A stretch of DNA of 63,838 bases, counting the filler, from Perkinsus chesapeaki ATCC PRA-425 (lineage: Eukaryota; Protista; Perkinsozoa): assembly GCA_013115145.1 (NCBI GenBank). It is 12 parts of 12 records of this genome, joined end to end, with 100 filler letters (N's around TTAATTAATTAA, not from the genome) between each part and the next. Parts side by side here need not be neighbours in the genome. Positions count along the whole stretch, not along the records: positions 1 to 28,309 come from JAAPAO010000477.1; 11 more parts are not named here. The stretch is one strand, 5' to 3'. Within the stretch, counting starts at the first letter, position 1. The number at the start of each line of letters is the position of its first letter. A program made the position numbers and the translations under genes. Shown piece after piece: positions 11,601 through 23,556 of this stretch. The notes under the pieces were generated by a model, which did no database searches, had not been told where the DNA came from, and was given only the letters and a program-made list of their open reading frames with translations.

Positions 11601-14284
11601 ACCTCCGTAAATGATACGTCTTTCACTTCTAGAATCGGCGTGGAGGCAATTACTGGCTTTGTGCTGACTATAATAGGTATACTCCACGGGCTAGAGGCCG
11701 ACGCATTCACGCATAAGACTCTAGCACGTAGCTGATATCTCATGGCTGGGATGAGGCCACTCACAGTACAATGGCGCTCACATGGTGATAGGAGAGTGGT
11801 ACGGTTACATCCAATTGCAGGCCTCCAGCCGTCACTCTCGTTGTCGGGCCTTGAGACCTCCACCGACCATGATAAAAACTCACAATCACGCAGGTTGCCG
11901 CTTGGCTGCCACTGGAGCTCTAGTGCGGTAGTGAATCGCTGGACAACTTCCAGACCCGTCGGCGTCAGAGCCCCCAACAGCGGTGTTCTGACTAGCTTTG
12001 TCGGTAAGGAGAATGCGCTCGAGAGAGATTCGTTGGTGCACAACTGGCGGGCTTTAAATCTGTAGACCTTATCCGATAGCAGATCTTTCACACTGCACGA
12101 TAATCCATCGCATAGACGGTACCCAGTCCAACCGGTCTCGCTCTCATGTTGATAAGCGACTTCGACCTGGATAGGATCGCAGTCACCCAGGCCACCGAAC
12201 GTCCAGATTAGTGAGACAGACGTCGATCCAGTCGCATTCACAAATAGTATCCTAGGAGGGAAGGCTTTTCTTATACAGTGCTCCTCTCCAATTGGAGTAG
12301 TAATAGAGACCTCCTCACTGTATCCAGAATTCGCCATGCTATTCGAGCACTCTACTTCGACTCTCATTGAGTACGTAGTGTTACAAGTAAGATGCGTGGC
12401 CGTGCAGTTGGGTTGGTTTGCCGGACTACTACATGCAGTGGACCAATCACTATCAGACGTCCTCGCTGATGCTCGATACTTTGGGCCTACACATTGCCCA
12501 AGCGAACTACCCTGCCACCTTAGTAGGACGGCTGAGGGACCCAAAGCGACCAATACAAGGCCAAAAGGCGCTTCCGCCACAAGAGGGTGAGTTGCGACTG
12601 TATTCGTCTCTGTGCTGAAATGACTGGTTGTGTTTGCTGCAGTACAGACAGCGCGCACCTTAAATACGTACTCAGTGTCGCTATCTAAGCCTGTAGCCGC
12701 ACAGGAATCGTTGCGCGTTGATGTCAAGTTGAAGCACCCTTCTGGAGTGGTCCAGTTCTGGGACAACGTCGATCGTCCTAGTACTTGCCACTCCTTAAAT
12801 TGGCAGCTGCCGAATGACCTCGGAGACAGCCAAAATAAAGCCAGAGTCGTTGTTGATAAAGGCTCAGGGTTGAGGAGCGAAGGAGCTTGGACTCGGAGAG
12901 AAGGAAGCACTATTGGATCACTCCATACTGACCAATAACCGGAGGCTTCCTCGTCTTGGCAATGCGCTCTCACACGGAAGTGATACATCCTTTCAGGTTG
13001 TAAGTTTTGGATCATACATCGTCGAGTATCCAACTTGGTACCACCGTCACATTCGACTTGCCCTTGGCTCAGAGGCAGATCCACCTTGAATTCAACAAGC
13101 CACCTTGAGAACTGACAGTCCTTCAAGTTGCCATCGTGGTACCAGGTTATCTCGATGCTTGAGGGGTTACTCAGAAAAGCCATACGACTTAACATAGGTG
13201 GTCCAGGCCGTCTCGGGCACCTTTCGGATATAGGGGTGATGATAGGGGAAGTTGTCGAGCTCATATTAGAATTAGCTAGTTTATTTGAACACACTTCTTG
13301 CACGGTAAAAACGTAAGTTGTTCCACAGTTCAGGCCCTGGAACACACAGCTGGTGCTCCTCCTATCGCGCAACCCTCCTGAACAAGACCCCCGGTCCGGC
13401 TCTTCCAGCGCACCGCGCCCAGCAGAGAACAATGGTTCCGCAAGGACTTTCCATGACTCGAATAAGCACTCTCCTGGGTGGCCTGGTTCCCATTCAACTT
13501 TCGCCCCGTTCCTTCCCACGAGAGTAGCGTGGGCGCCTGTTGGTGGGGAGGCCGCCACTGGAGGCACAGTAATGAATCTTGATGCTGGGCTGAATTGTGA
13601 CGACATTGATGCATCCTTGCAAACAACACGGACTCGAAATCTGTATTGAGTGTCTCTGGCATGCGTATAAGATACACATGATGTTTGGCAGAGGTTTGTT
13701 AGGCTTGGGGTGTCGCAAGCCCCTGGAGCGCCATGCCAACATGATTCAGTGCCGTTTTGGTATTGAACTTCATAGTGCTTGAATCGACATTTCCCCAAGT
13801 AAGGCAATTCCCAGTTTAGAGCGATAGCTTCAGCTCCCACGAGGTTGGCTGATATGAGTGTCGGCGGTCGTGGACGGGAGGCCAGCTTTCTGAGGATTAC
13901 GCAAAGGTTGAAAGTAGGATAGGAACGAGCAGGAATCTTGCCCACTTGTGTAGGTCTTCTACAGGAGGTTGTGTGGGAATAACCACCACAGTTGCGTTCC
14001 GATCATCCGAGTCCGGATTGTCCTTATTAACCCTGACAGTATGCACTTGAACGCTCGGAGTGCTACCAGTGCTAGTGGACCGAACCTGTCGTCATCTTCC
14101 TCGGAGTTCTGCAGCATCCGATTGGGCCCCTGCAACCGACTGGAAAGTCAACAGAGAGGCTATGAGACTGGATTACGCTGCTGCTAGGGCCTTCATCACT
14201 GGCAGGCTCATAGGTATCACATTGTCCGAGGTGTAGTGCAAATACGAAAACCAAGAACGAGAATTGGAGGCCCTTCTTGACCAT
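2692..14284 (-). CDS. Giant multi-exon surface/receptor-like protein: signal peptide, ~12 FN3 domains, ~5 YxLCWC repeats, GCC2/GCC3-type Cys-rich repeats, multi-pass TM C-terminal region
   Basis: Signal peptide MVKKGLQFSFLVFVFALHLGQC at 14284. FN3 motifs (W...GL..NT.Y.FRVR) in ORFs 11573-13945 and 6345-11003. CP.G.Y...C..C repeats. TM region with CYSGDH...LLWTVG...FLRRYGFIYLGYEDRCWYWEAV (3145-3789), typical of protist large multi-TM proteins. Confidence 0.85.
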
Positions 14285-15059
14285 GATCAGGGCTAAAGAT
14301 CTTTGAATGAATCACGAGCGACTCAACAACACAACATATTATACACAGAAGAGTTTGCAGCGAGTATCAAGGGAGAAGGGAGATGCTGTAGTTATCCGTC
14401 ACTCCCACGCTACGGTTGCAGGCAAGTAGCCGCTGAAGTAAATCGAACTATGTTTGCCAGACCATGCCAAACTCCGCTGTGAGTAGGTAAGCCGATAAGT
14501 AACTCCCACAGCACATGCTGTGATTGACTCTAGGACTTCAAGGTGGGATGTGGATTTTGCGTGCAAGAAAATGCGTTCACAACAATGGCGTGCGCTAATG
14601 GTGACGGGCGCACGCGTGTTCGATTTGTGTGATGAACGGGTTGACATCTTTACGCCAATGAAGGATTTTAAAGTGGTACTCGTTTGGTATTTGCAGTTGT
14701 TCTGGCATGGCTGTTACCGCCTCAGGGGAAGGGCTAGGCCGAACCAGAGAATTAAATAAACATAAGAGTACATCTGCAACTTGGATCGATAAACAATGGA
14801 GACAGGTCCGTTGTGACGCAATGTCACGAACCTAAACTTAGTCAAATATTAACCGAATATTTGAACACGGAGTTATAGATGCTGGAATGAACCTCTGTCC
14901 CCGAAATCGGTACACTAACCAACATAATATTATACTGTAGCATGTGAACAACAAACCTAATAGAAAGGGCTATATGAATGAGATAAACACTCTACTGTGA
15001 TAGCATTTAGCAGTTGTACTTACGTCTTTATGGGAAGCAATACAAACAGAACAAGTACG

Positions 15060-15900
15060 ATAGCTTGATTATGCCGAAAATCACATAACGAAGCGAATGT
15101 AGCTGCACTGAGTGCCTCTTAGCGAACGTCCCGAACCCAGCTCTCTTGTAGCGTACATGTTGTACTGAGCTTTTTCAGATAGTTGATGCCGAGCAGAGGA
15201 TCATAGATGAACATCGCTTTGGGCGAAGATCAAGGAACACCTTCAAATCGAGGTGGTGCACTTCTTCAGAGTCTCACCTAACCTTCACAAATGAGCCACG
15301 ATGAGCCCCTTCAGCTTTCCTGGTCGCGAGTCGACAGTCTATAACGCATTTTATGGAGTCATTAAGGGGCAACGAGAGGGTGCAAAGTGTACTCCACCAG
15401 CAGGTAGCTGGCTTTTGCATGCTATAGGGATGCTTTTCTTCTAGGGAAGTCGAGTTTCGATCCTCTCCGGGACGAACCTCGCTTAGGTGTCAGGCAACTG
15501 TACGGAGCTTACATGACGCAGAAGGTCGGTCCTGTTCCTCGCTACGTCGATCAATGAGTCGCTGGGAAAGGCACCAGCTAGTTTTACGAGATGATTGGCT
15601 CGTAGATTCTCAAGATGATTAAGAATGGACAAGATGAAAGGGGGGCGTGTCGAAGCACGTACCCGGTTGTTAAAGCCTCGCCGCCTCGCCCGATGAGTGG
15701 TCCCGCTCGCGATGAGTAAGTTGCACTGCTGTGGTGAACTCGCATTCATTTCGTATCTTCCTTAAATTCTAATTTCAGATGCCGGCCGAATACGGCGCCT
15801 GCGCAAGCCTCACAAGCTCAGCGGTCAGCTCGTAACGGTCCGCCAACTCGCCGCAGGTCACCGGCGTTGAGGACTCGACCGGACCCTTTGATAATTCATA
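15060..15900 (-). CDS. Possible multi-exon hypothetical gene
   Basis: Coding-like minus-strand segments (PVTCGELADRYELTAELVRLAQ; ORF 15483-15749) with plausible splice sites. No recognisable domain. Confidence 0.25.
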
Positions 15901-16295
15901 CTGTTAGACGCTTCTTAACTGTTTGAATATCTAGTGTATTTTGTGCAGTTCCATGATGCTATCTGTAGACACACCTTACAGCCGCTTACCCCACCTTTAG
16001 TGACGTCAGCACATTCCAAACGGTAGGCCTCGTGAGCCATGGTGCATATGGCTATGATATCTGATGTCAGTCCTCGACCTTCGACAAGTCATGCTGTACG
16101 ATCTAGTCGGAGTGGTAGACTAAGCTCTTAGCTGATTTTTATTAATATTCTACGTTCCATGAGCCGCACTTGCATTCACACATTCCTATCAGTTGTCATT
16201 GGATCTTCCCAACTTGTGTTTCCCTATTAGTTAATTACCCAACGGCTTTCTGACGCATCTCAGACAGGTCTTCGCAGAACTCTAAACAACATTGA

Positions 16296-17790
16296 ATGCC
16301 CAAATCGTGCACTCCTAGCAACGTTATACGAATTACTATATTCCTAAGCCTACTCCTATTACTTCTGCGACTGATGGTGCCGGGAAAGATTAGTAATGAT
16401 ATTTTCCCCCAAGTGCTTGATGACGGAGTGCCCGGCATCCCGTGGCAAGATTCTCGATTGACTATCGAGCAATCCACTTGCGTTGGTGGCCCGGTCCTAG
16501 TTATTATCGTATCCGGGGCCCCCAAGGTGGATAATATCGACGCGGAAGATCAATGCTCATCACAATTTGACATTCATCGTGAGCCGTTCGCGGCACCTGG
16601 GACTTTGACAATCCTGCGATACCTCGAGCGAGTCGCCAAGAATATGGATAGAATAGAAGAATATGTATAAGAATATACTCGCCAAGAATATGTATACTTG
16701 GATTCTGCTCATCGGCGCGACCACAGTGGTTCGTCCGAGCCGATTACTTCACCACGTATCAGCATTGCACCCAGATAGAGTTTACGGCGTTGGAGCACTT
16801 GGAGATGGGAAATGGTTTAAGTACAAATCTATCGTGCCTAGCTTCGCCGCTGGTATACTGCTATCTGCGTACTTTGCCAGGCGCATCGATACCAGTAAGG
16901 GGAAGATATCGAAGGAAGGTTCCAGCTGTCGCAGAGAACACGGCCTTAATCACGAACATTTTTTCGCGGCGTGCCTTCAAAAACACTTTAATACAAACAT
17001 AACCGATGGCAGCTCCTTCCTCGGCTGTTCCTCGTGTGCTACTGAATCTCTAGCAGGAAAATGCCTGCAGCGCAGTAGACATGAGGAGCTTCTCAATAAA
17101 ACTATCTTCACCATTATGACCGATAGTCCGGACGAGTGCCGCACAGCTATGGCAGCCTGGGCTATGCCCGTGAGCAATCGAACGTACGTCTTTACCAAAA
17201 ATGAAGCGAGCATTGTGCGAGCAGGGTGCCCAGAGGCAAAGATCGTTCAAGTACAAGACCATCGTTTCCCTGGCTGGTGGCACAAAAGACCGTATGAGCA
17301 AAGGGTCTTCGTCATCTTAGACTGGATTTCCAAGCAACTCAGCCAAGACGATATAAAGTACATCGTTGGGTTCGATTCTGACACTACTTGGAATCTACAG
17401 TTGTTACCGACCCTTCTGGTGGACATAGAGCCCAACAGAGCTTCCGTTCATGGGTATATGTACAAGGCATGGGACACCATATACCCCACTGGCGGGGCTG
17501 GCATCATACTTACTGTGCCAGCAGTTAATGCGTTAGTGATCGCCGCCACACACGGTGGTACTTGTACAATGGCGAATACGAATTTTGATGTGATGATTGG
17601 TAGGTGTTGTGACGCTGCTGCTGCTTCTAATGTATCCAGAATACATGTTGATGGTATGTGGCAGCAACCTATTCATAGTATCCCTCTGGCTGCTGCTGCT
17701 GCTGCAATAGAGGCTCCGTGGGGGGTACTCACTACACATAAATCAACATACAGTAGATTGAGTGTTCACGACCGTCACCCCTGCCAATAG
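16296..17790 (+). CDS. Type II membrane GT31 (fringe/core-1 beta-1,3-galactosyltransferase-like) glycosyltransferase, with a degenerate first and intact second GT-A-like domain
   Basis: N-terminal TM segment (ITIFLSLLLLLLRL), DxD motif (YIVGFDSDT), YPTGGAGIIL and FDVMIGRCC motifs. The two ORFs are offset at 16632-16692 (see findings). Confidence 0.75.
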
Positions 17791-17965
17791 TAGTGGTGGT
17801 AGTGTGATAATACAGTTCTAGCTGATGACCTTGCTTTTGTGTTATAAGTTATACGCGTTTCAAGTTGTGTAGTAACTATGACGGTAACTCAATACACCGT
17901 AATTAATGAAATAGCAAAATTGACAGTAGTAATTGCAACAACAACAGCATCAGCAGTTCATGGTT

Positions 17966-20900
17966 TTAGCTGTGCTTTGACGATCCCTTGTTCTTGAACA
18001 AGCCGGTAACAGAAGAGAACTTGGTCCAAGCAGACACGCCTGTCTTCGACTGAGTGCTGCTAGACTGCTGTTGGGAATGCCTTCCACTACTCCGACCGCT
18101 GCTGTTCTCCTCGGACTTTGTTGAATTATGTTGATTGCTATGACGATGCTTCGAAGATGACTTCGGCCCACCAGATGAAGATGCCTTAACATAATCACCA
18201 GTAGCCGCAACTCGGACACCCTTTGAATCCTGAACCAACTGGAAACCGCTCCGAGCAAACGCGTCGTTCTCATCTTGCGGATCGAACAGGTGTTTCGGCG
18301 TCAAAGGCCCTGAATACGAGATATTCCATCATACAACCGGCTGTCCTCACCTGTTGTGGCGCTGGAATCAGTGCTCTTTTTGTAAAGCCCAGCAGCAGCA
18401 TCATCATCATCGGGGCGGTGGTGATCTGTAGTACTCGATAATAGAGCAACTGGGGGTCGCAGAGGCCGAGCAGGCGCAACGGGCTTGAACGGCTGAAACT
18501 GCTCGTCAAGATCTTCATCCTCTGGGCAGCTGAATATGCTAGATGACAGCCTTCCACCGCCCTCTCTAGATGACTGTGATTTATCCCTCGAAGAGGAGAA
18601 GGGTGACCCCAGCTGCTGCTGCTGCTGCTTTGGCACGGCTGCCTCTGGTGGCTTGGGCGTTCTTGCGCATTGCTGCTGCTGCTGTGGTGGTGGTGGGCGC
18701 ACCTGATAGTGCTACTATTTAATGCTTCATTCACCGCCTACTTACGGCACTAGTAGGTGGATTAATGCAATCAACGAAAAGGAATCTTGTAAGGTCTGCT
18801 ATTGCTAGCTCGTCTCCATGGTACAAGTCCACCTCGGGATCATTCTGACCTGAGAGATATTTTGCCAATACGAAGCCTAGGGAAGCGCGTACTTAACGTC
18901 TGTTTCCTCGGCTTCTCACACCCCTCTTTACAGCCGCCGCCGCCCTCCACCAAAGTTATACCGTTACACGACAGACATTTTACTTTAAACCCATATACCC
19001 TACCGCTGCCGCCGCCGCCGTCGATGGTAGAGTCACGATAAGGCAACAGCTTAACCGTCCTTATCTCGAAATGCTCCCTTGACACAGCGTTGTATTCCCC
19101 CTTCAACAGCTGCCATAGCAACTGAGGCTGTCTACTCCGCCCAACTAGTAATGCTTCATCCAGAGAATGATGCTCTATCGATAATCCCTCTCCATCACCC
19201 TTCTCTGCCTGAACCTCCAATGCAAAGACACAAGGCGCCCCCGCCTCCTGTGGCTGTAAGGATCCCTCCTCTACTTCACTTGTCAGACTCGTCGCCTGGC
19301 TCCCTATTTCCCCTCTGGGTTGTTGGCAATTCATAATGCCCACCTTATTGAGCCAGGAATCTCCAAGATCCACGCGAAACGTGAGGAACGGTGTCGGTTC
19401 CTCAGAGACGCCCGACCCACTTTCTCCACCATCAAGTGCTCCATGGACGGCTACAAAGGTTATGGTAGTACCGTCCTCCAACGGACCAAATTTATCCCCC
19501 TTCACGAGCAGGCGGCTTTGGTTAATGAATACCGAGTTACCCGACAGGTTGCTGACGTACACCCCCACCATGTGCCGCTGGTCAGTACCGCTGTTGCAAC
19601 GCTCGAATGTGAACACAAGATGATCTCGAGATATTGTAGTCCTCAGAGTTGGCGAGCTGACCAAAGAGTCGAAGAGAGCGACTTGGTGGTTTCTACCAAG
19701 TCGGAGGGGAGGGTATCTACACATTACATCCGAAGCCGTTAATACTCATACCGACATCTCCGCAAAGTGCCGAAAATTCAAGTATAATACTACGGTCCTC
19801 TTACTGTGCAGCAATCCTAGTTGACCTTGGACAATCCTCTCTAACTAACTCTCCTGGCAATTGGCACTTATGCTCCCACTGCATTATGAGAGGAGGCTGA
19901 TGCTGCTGGCTTGGAGAAGGGGACGGCGGTACAGAAGGTGATGACGACGATACCGACGAAGAGGAGGCGTTTTCCTGATGACGGTGGTGTGTTATCTTCC
20001 TTGGACTACTTCCACCCTACCCTAGTCGCATCCCACTGTGTGCATGTCAATGTGAGCAATGTAGCCACCGCCGGAGCCGCCCCCGCTGCCGTTGCTGCGG
20101 CTGCAGAGGTGCTCATCCCGTGTTCTAACTGTTCCTTCGCCGCAGCTGAGGTTGCAGAGCTGGACTCTGTATTGGAGAGGGGCGGCGGTGGAGGCAGATG
20201 AACGCTGCGCTGCGAGGATGATGATGCTCTAGGTGGGGGAGGAGGGGACTGACGACCAGCTTGACGATTGGTAGACTGCTGGTCAATTTGGAACTTGCTA
20301 AACGGTCGGAACGGCTGGGCTGGTGTACTCGGGGAAAGGGCTAAATACACAAAATGAGTAACCGATAAGTACAACAGTTTCTACCGGAAAGGTTATTGCT
20401 CTGACCAGTATGAGGCGGCATAAACAACCCAGGTTGAATATTGAAATGAGCAGCAGCTGGGAATGCTGATGAGGTAGTATTGCCCCCGATCATGAGGGCG
20501 GGAGAGGGCTGCGGTGTCACCGCTGCTTCAGCTGCTGTCAGCATCGCTCTCAATGACTTCACCACTTGGACGAATGTTGGCCTCGATTCCTCTGCCATTG
20601 ATGCACAGCTGAGGGCCAGCTCAGCAAGTTGCTTAGCGACGTTGGGAGGGTATCCAGCTCGAGGGTCCACCATAGATAAACACCGCATAAGATCGCCATT
20701 GAGATGGTTAACCAGGTAAAGTATCTCACCCGGTTTTGGTCCCGGGCACGCCGGTGGAGCGTTGAGCAGCAGTTCCAATAGGACCATGCCGAACGAGTAG
20801 ACCTCAGACGCCTCTGTAACCACTCCTCTTTGAATATAATACCTTATAAAATAAATCAAGAGAATACTAATAACATATCTTACGGGCAGGCATAGCCTAT

Positions 20901-21914
20901 GGTACCGCTGGCTTGTTTGACTTTATGTGATTGTCCGTGACTGAGGCATGCCAGACCAAAGTCTGCCATCTTCGCCGTAGAGTTGCGATCCAATAGAATG
21001 TTAGGTGACTTAATATCTCGGTGGAATACCTAAGAAGAGATGTCTCTGCCGCGGTTCGAGCCTACGACCTTACCTTGGGCTTGGCATTATGGAGATGACT
21101 CAACCCACACGCTGCATCAAGTGCTATAGAGAGTCGTAGCTGCCAAGGGAAGGGGACTCCTGAAGACCACGGCTGGGAATGCAGGATTCTGGTGGTGTGG
21201 ATACCTTCACGGGCACACTTCTGAAGTCGTACACTGACATCGCCACCAGAGAGGCATTCATAGACGAGGAGCCTTTGACTGCCATTGCGAGCAAATCCCA
21301 TCAATATAACCAAGTTAGGATGACGAAATTTGGATAACACTCGCACCTAAGGACAGGGAAGTCCAAGGAGGCTACATTGAACCTTACGCTACATCAGCTT
21401 ATCTACATCATTTTACTAAGTGGATTATTAATAGATTATCGCCGGTCTAGTCGCCTTTAAGAAGTAAACTGGACTTATGTCCACTTACCTCATCCTCGAA
21501 TCCGGCTTCATTAGGTAGATCCACCACCTTAATAGCAACTTCGGTCCCATCCTGTAGGGTTCCCTTGTAGACGCTGCCGTAGCTTCCCGACCCTAACTTG
21601 GCTGATTCGTCAAAGTTGTCAGTGGCTTCAGCCAGTTCGGTATAAGCATACTCCAGAGAGATCTGATTCAGATTACCTAAGAAATTTATAAACCTACTAA
21701 TACACAGTTGAAGCAGCATTACTGTCGGAGTGATAACGTTTCTCGTGGACAGAGGAGGTCCTGGCAACTGAAGATGAACATGAAACGTCCGCCAAGGGGG
21801 ATTGACTAGCCATTCTAGGGGGACTCTCTTGGACAGCTGGTAGACTGTAGAAATGATCCATTTAAACGAGGCACTTAAACGCCTCCTGGCTGAGAGAAAC
21901 GGTATTTTGATCAT
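17966..21914 (-). CDS. TKL-group (IRAK/Pelle/RLK-like) Ser/Thr kinase with two C-terminal FHA domains and a Q/S-rich tail
   Basis: [70 protein letters not shown] across exons. FHA motifs GR..(x)..SR.H..N twice in ORF 18840-19724. Exact start and stop uncertain. Confidence 0.9.
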
Positions 21915-22172
21915 CGCGCCCGTTAACCTATTTCGTATCTTGCACGGTCAACCTAAAGATACCCTTGCTCCAATCAACCTAAGACTCCTCTATCCTTTCT
22001 AATGTGATCCACTATATCATAGTACGCCTTCCCCTCCAATGCCCCATCATTCAGTTTGGAATCAAAAAGCTTAGAAACGTCGCTGTTTATAACTGAGCGA
22101 ATAATTCATTACGGAATAAATTGCCCGCAGCATAATCGTCTATTACTTGTCATATCAAGTTCACTTCGAACT

Positions 22173-23455
22173 ATGATGATGTTGCCTCCCTATAGTCAAG
22201 ACTCATCCTACTCCTCTCTCATGGAGTAAGTCACCATAATTTGCCAAATTCTTACGGGCTCGAAAATCAGGTATCTTCGGCGAATGTTCTATAAGAAGCA
22301 GATGGATTTGGAGTACACTTTCTCACAAATGGTTTACCTTTGTATAGCCCCTAGGAAAGTGTGCCAACTTACTATATACAGGTAATAGTGGGGGGAATGG
22401 GGCTCATGTGATGAAACGGCTATTGGCTTATTATCATATCAGTATGGGGGTTTCTATATTAAATGAGAATGGCAAATTAACGCAAATTAAGAATGTATTA
22501 TCAATGTTAACTATAAGTTATAATAACTAATTATAAACATAAGGTATTATGTGAATAAGGTATATAACAATATTATATACTCTGTAGATAATGGTGTACA
22601 TTATAATATTATATTGGGATACCAGCTACCATACCATTCAATAATCTAATCTTTTAGGCATCAAACAAAGGGTAGATGGTCTCGAGATGATCCAGCATTC
22701 GTTGTCATACAGGTGTTAATTAATACGTAACTAACAGCCATACAGTCTCACAACTACCTCTTACAGATACTATTCTTGGCAGTATCTGGCATTGCCTATG
22801 GAGTGTGCTTTTCTCATACGGTAGTTCAAATTTTAAGGTATTAAGTGTAAATATTATCCCTTATTATCTCTCCAGGGTGTTCCTTATTGGTATAGTAGTT
22901 CACTTCCTACTACTAGGATCTCTAGTTGCGGCTGTGTGTAACTTGGTAGCTAATCGCTATCTGCGGGTGAAGACATTTCAAGGACTGGATCAGGTGATAC
23001 CGACTTTTCCTCCGTAACATTCTGGGGTATACCCCCTTGGTTTTCTCAGAGAGTGCCATTCCTCTACAGTTTCGATGTTCACTGTAATGCCTTCTTCCCC
23101 ACATTTTTGCTCTTGTAAGTTTCATACCATATTTCCCTCAAATCATCTTGTCATAGGTATGTCCTCCAATACTTCCTATTCCCATTATTATTATCCAATA
23201 GAGTTATCTCCTGTATACTTGCCAACATCCTATGTAGTCTAGCATTAATATATTATTCTTATATAACCTGCCTGGGCTACTCAACACTACCATTTATCCG
23301 TAATGCTCAAGTGTTTCTCTATCCAGCTCTAGTGGGATTGGTAATAGCTCTAGCATATCCTACCATAATATCGCTTTCTTCAGGTTGCCGCAGTAGTGTT
23401 TACCGTGATGGGCATCAACCTGAGTGTGAAGTTCTTCCACATTCTAGGTGTCTAG
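22173..23455 (+). CDS. UNC50: UNC-50 family Golgi membrane protein
   Basis: Spliced exons give YLRRMFYKKQMDLEYTFSQMVYL, QTKGRWSRDDPAFVVIQ, LVANRYLR, YSFDVHCNAFFP and YITCLGYSTLPF, all UNC-50 signatures. Stop TAG at 23453-23455. Confidence 0.9.
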
Positions 23456-23556
23456 GTATGAAGGTATCATTACTACCAATAATATAACTGTATCTTTTTT
23501 ACTCTATTTGCTTGGTGTTATTCTTAAGTATATTTTACTCCTATTATCAGTTCACT

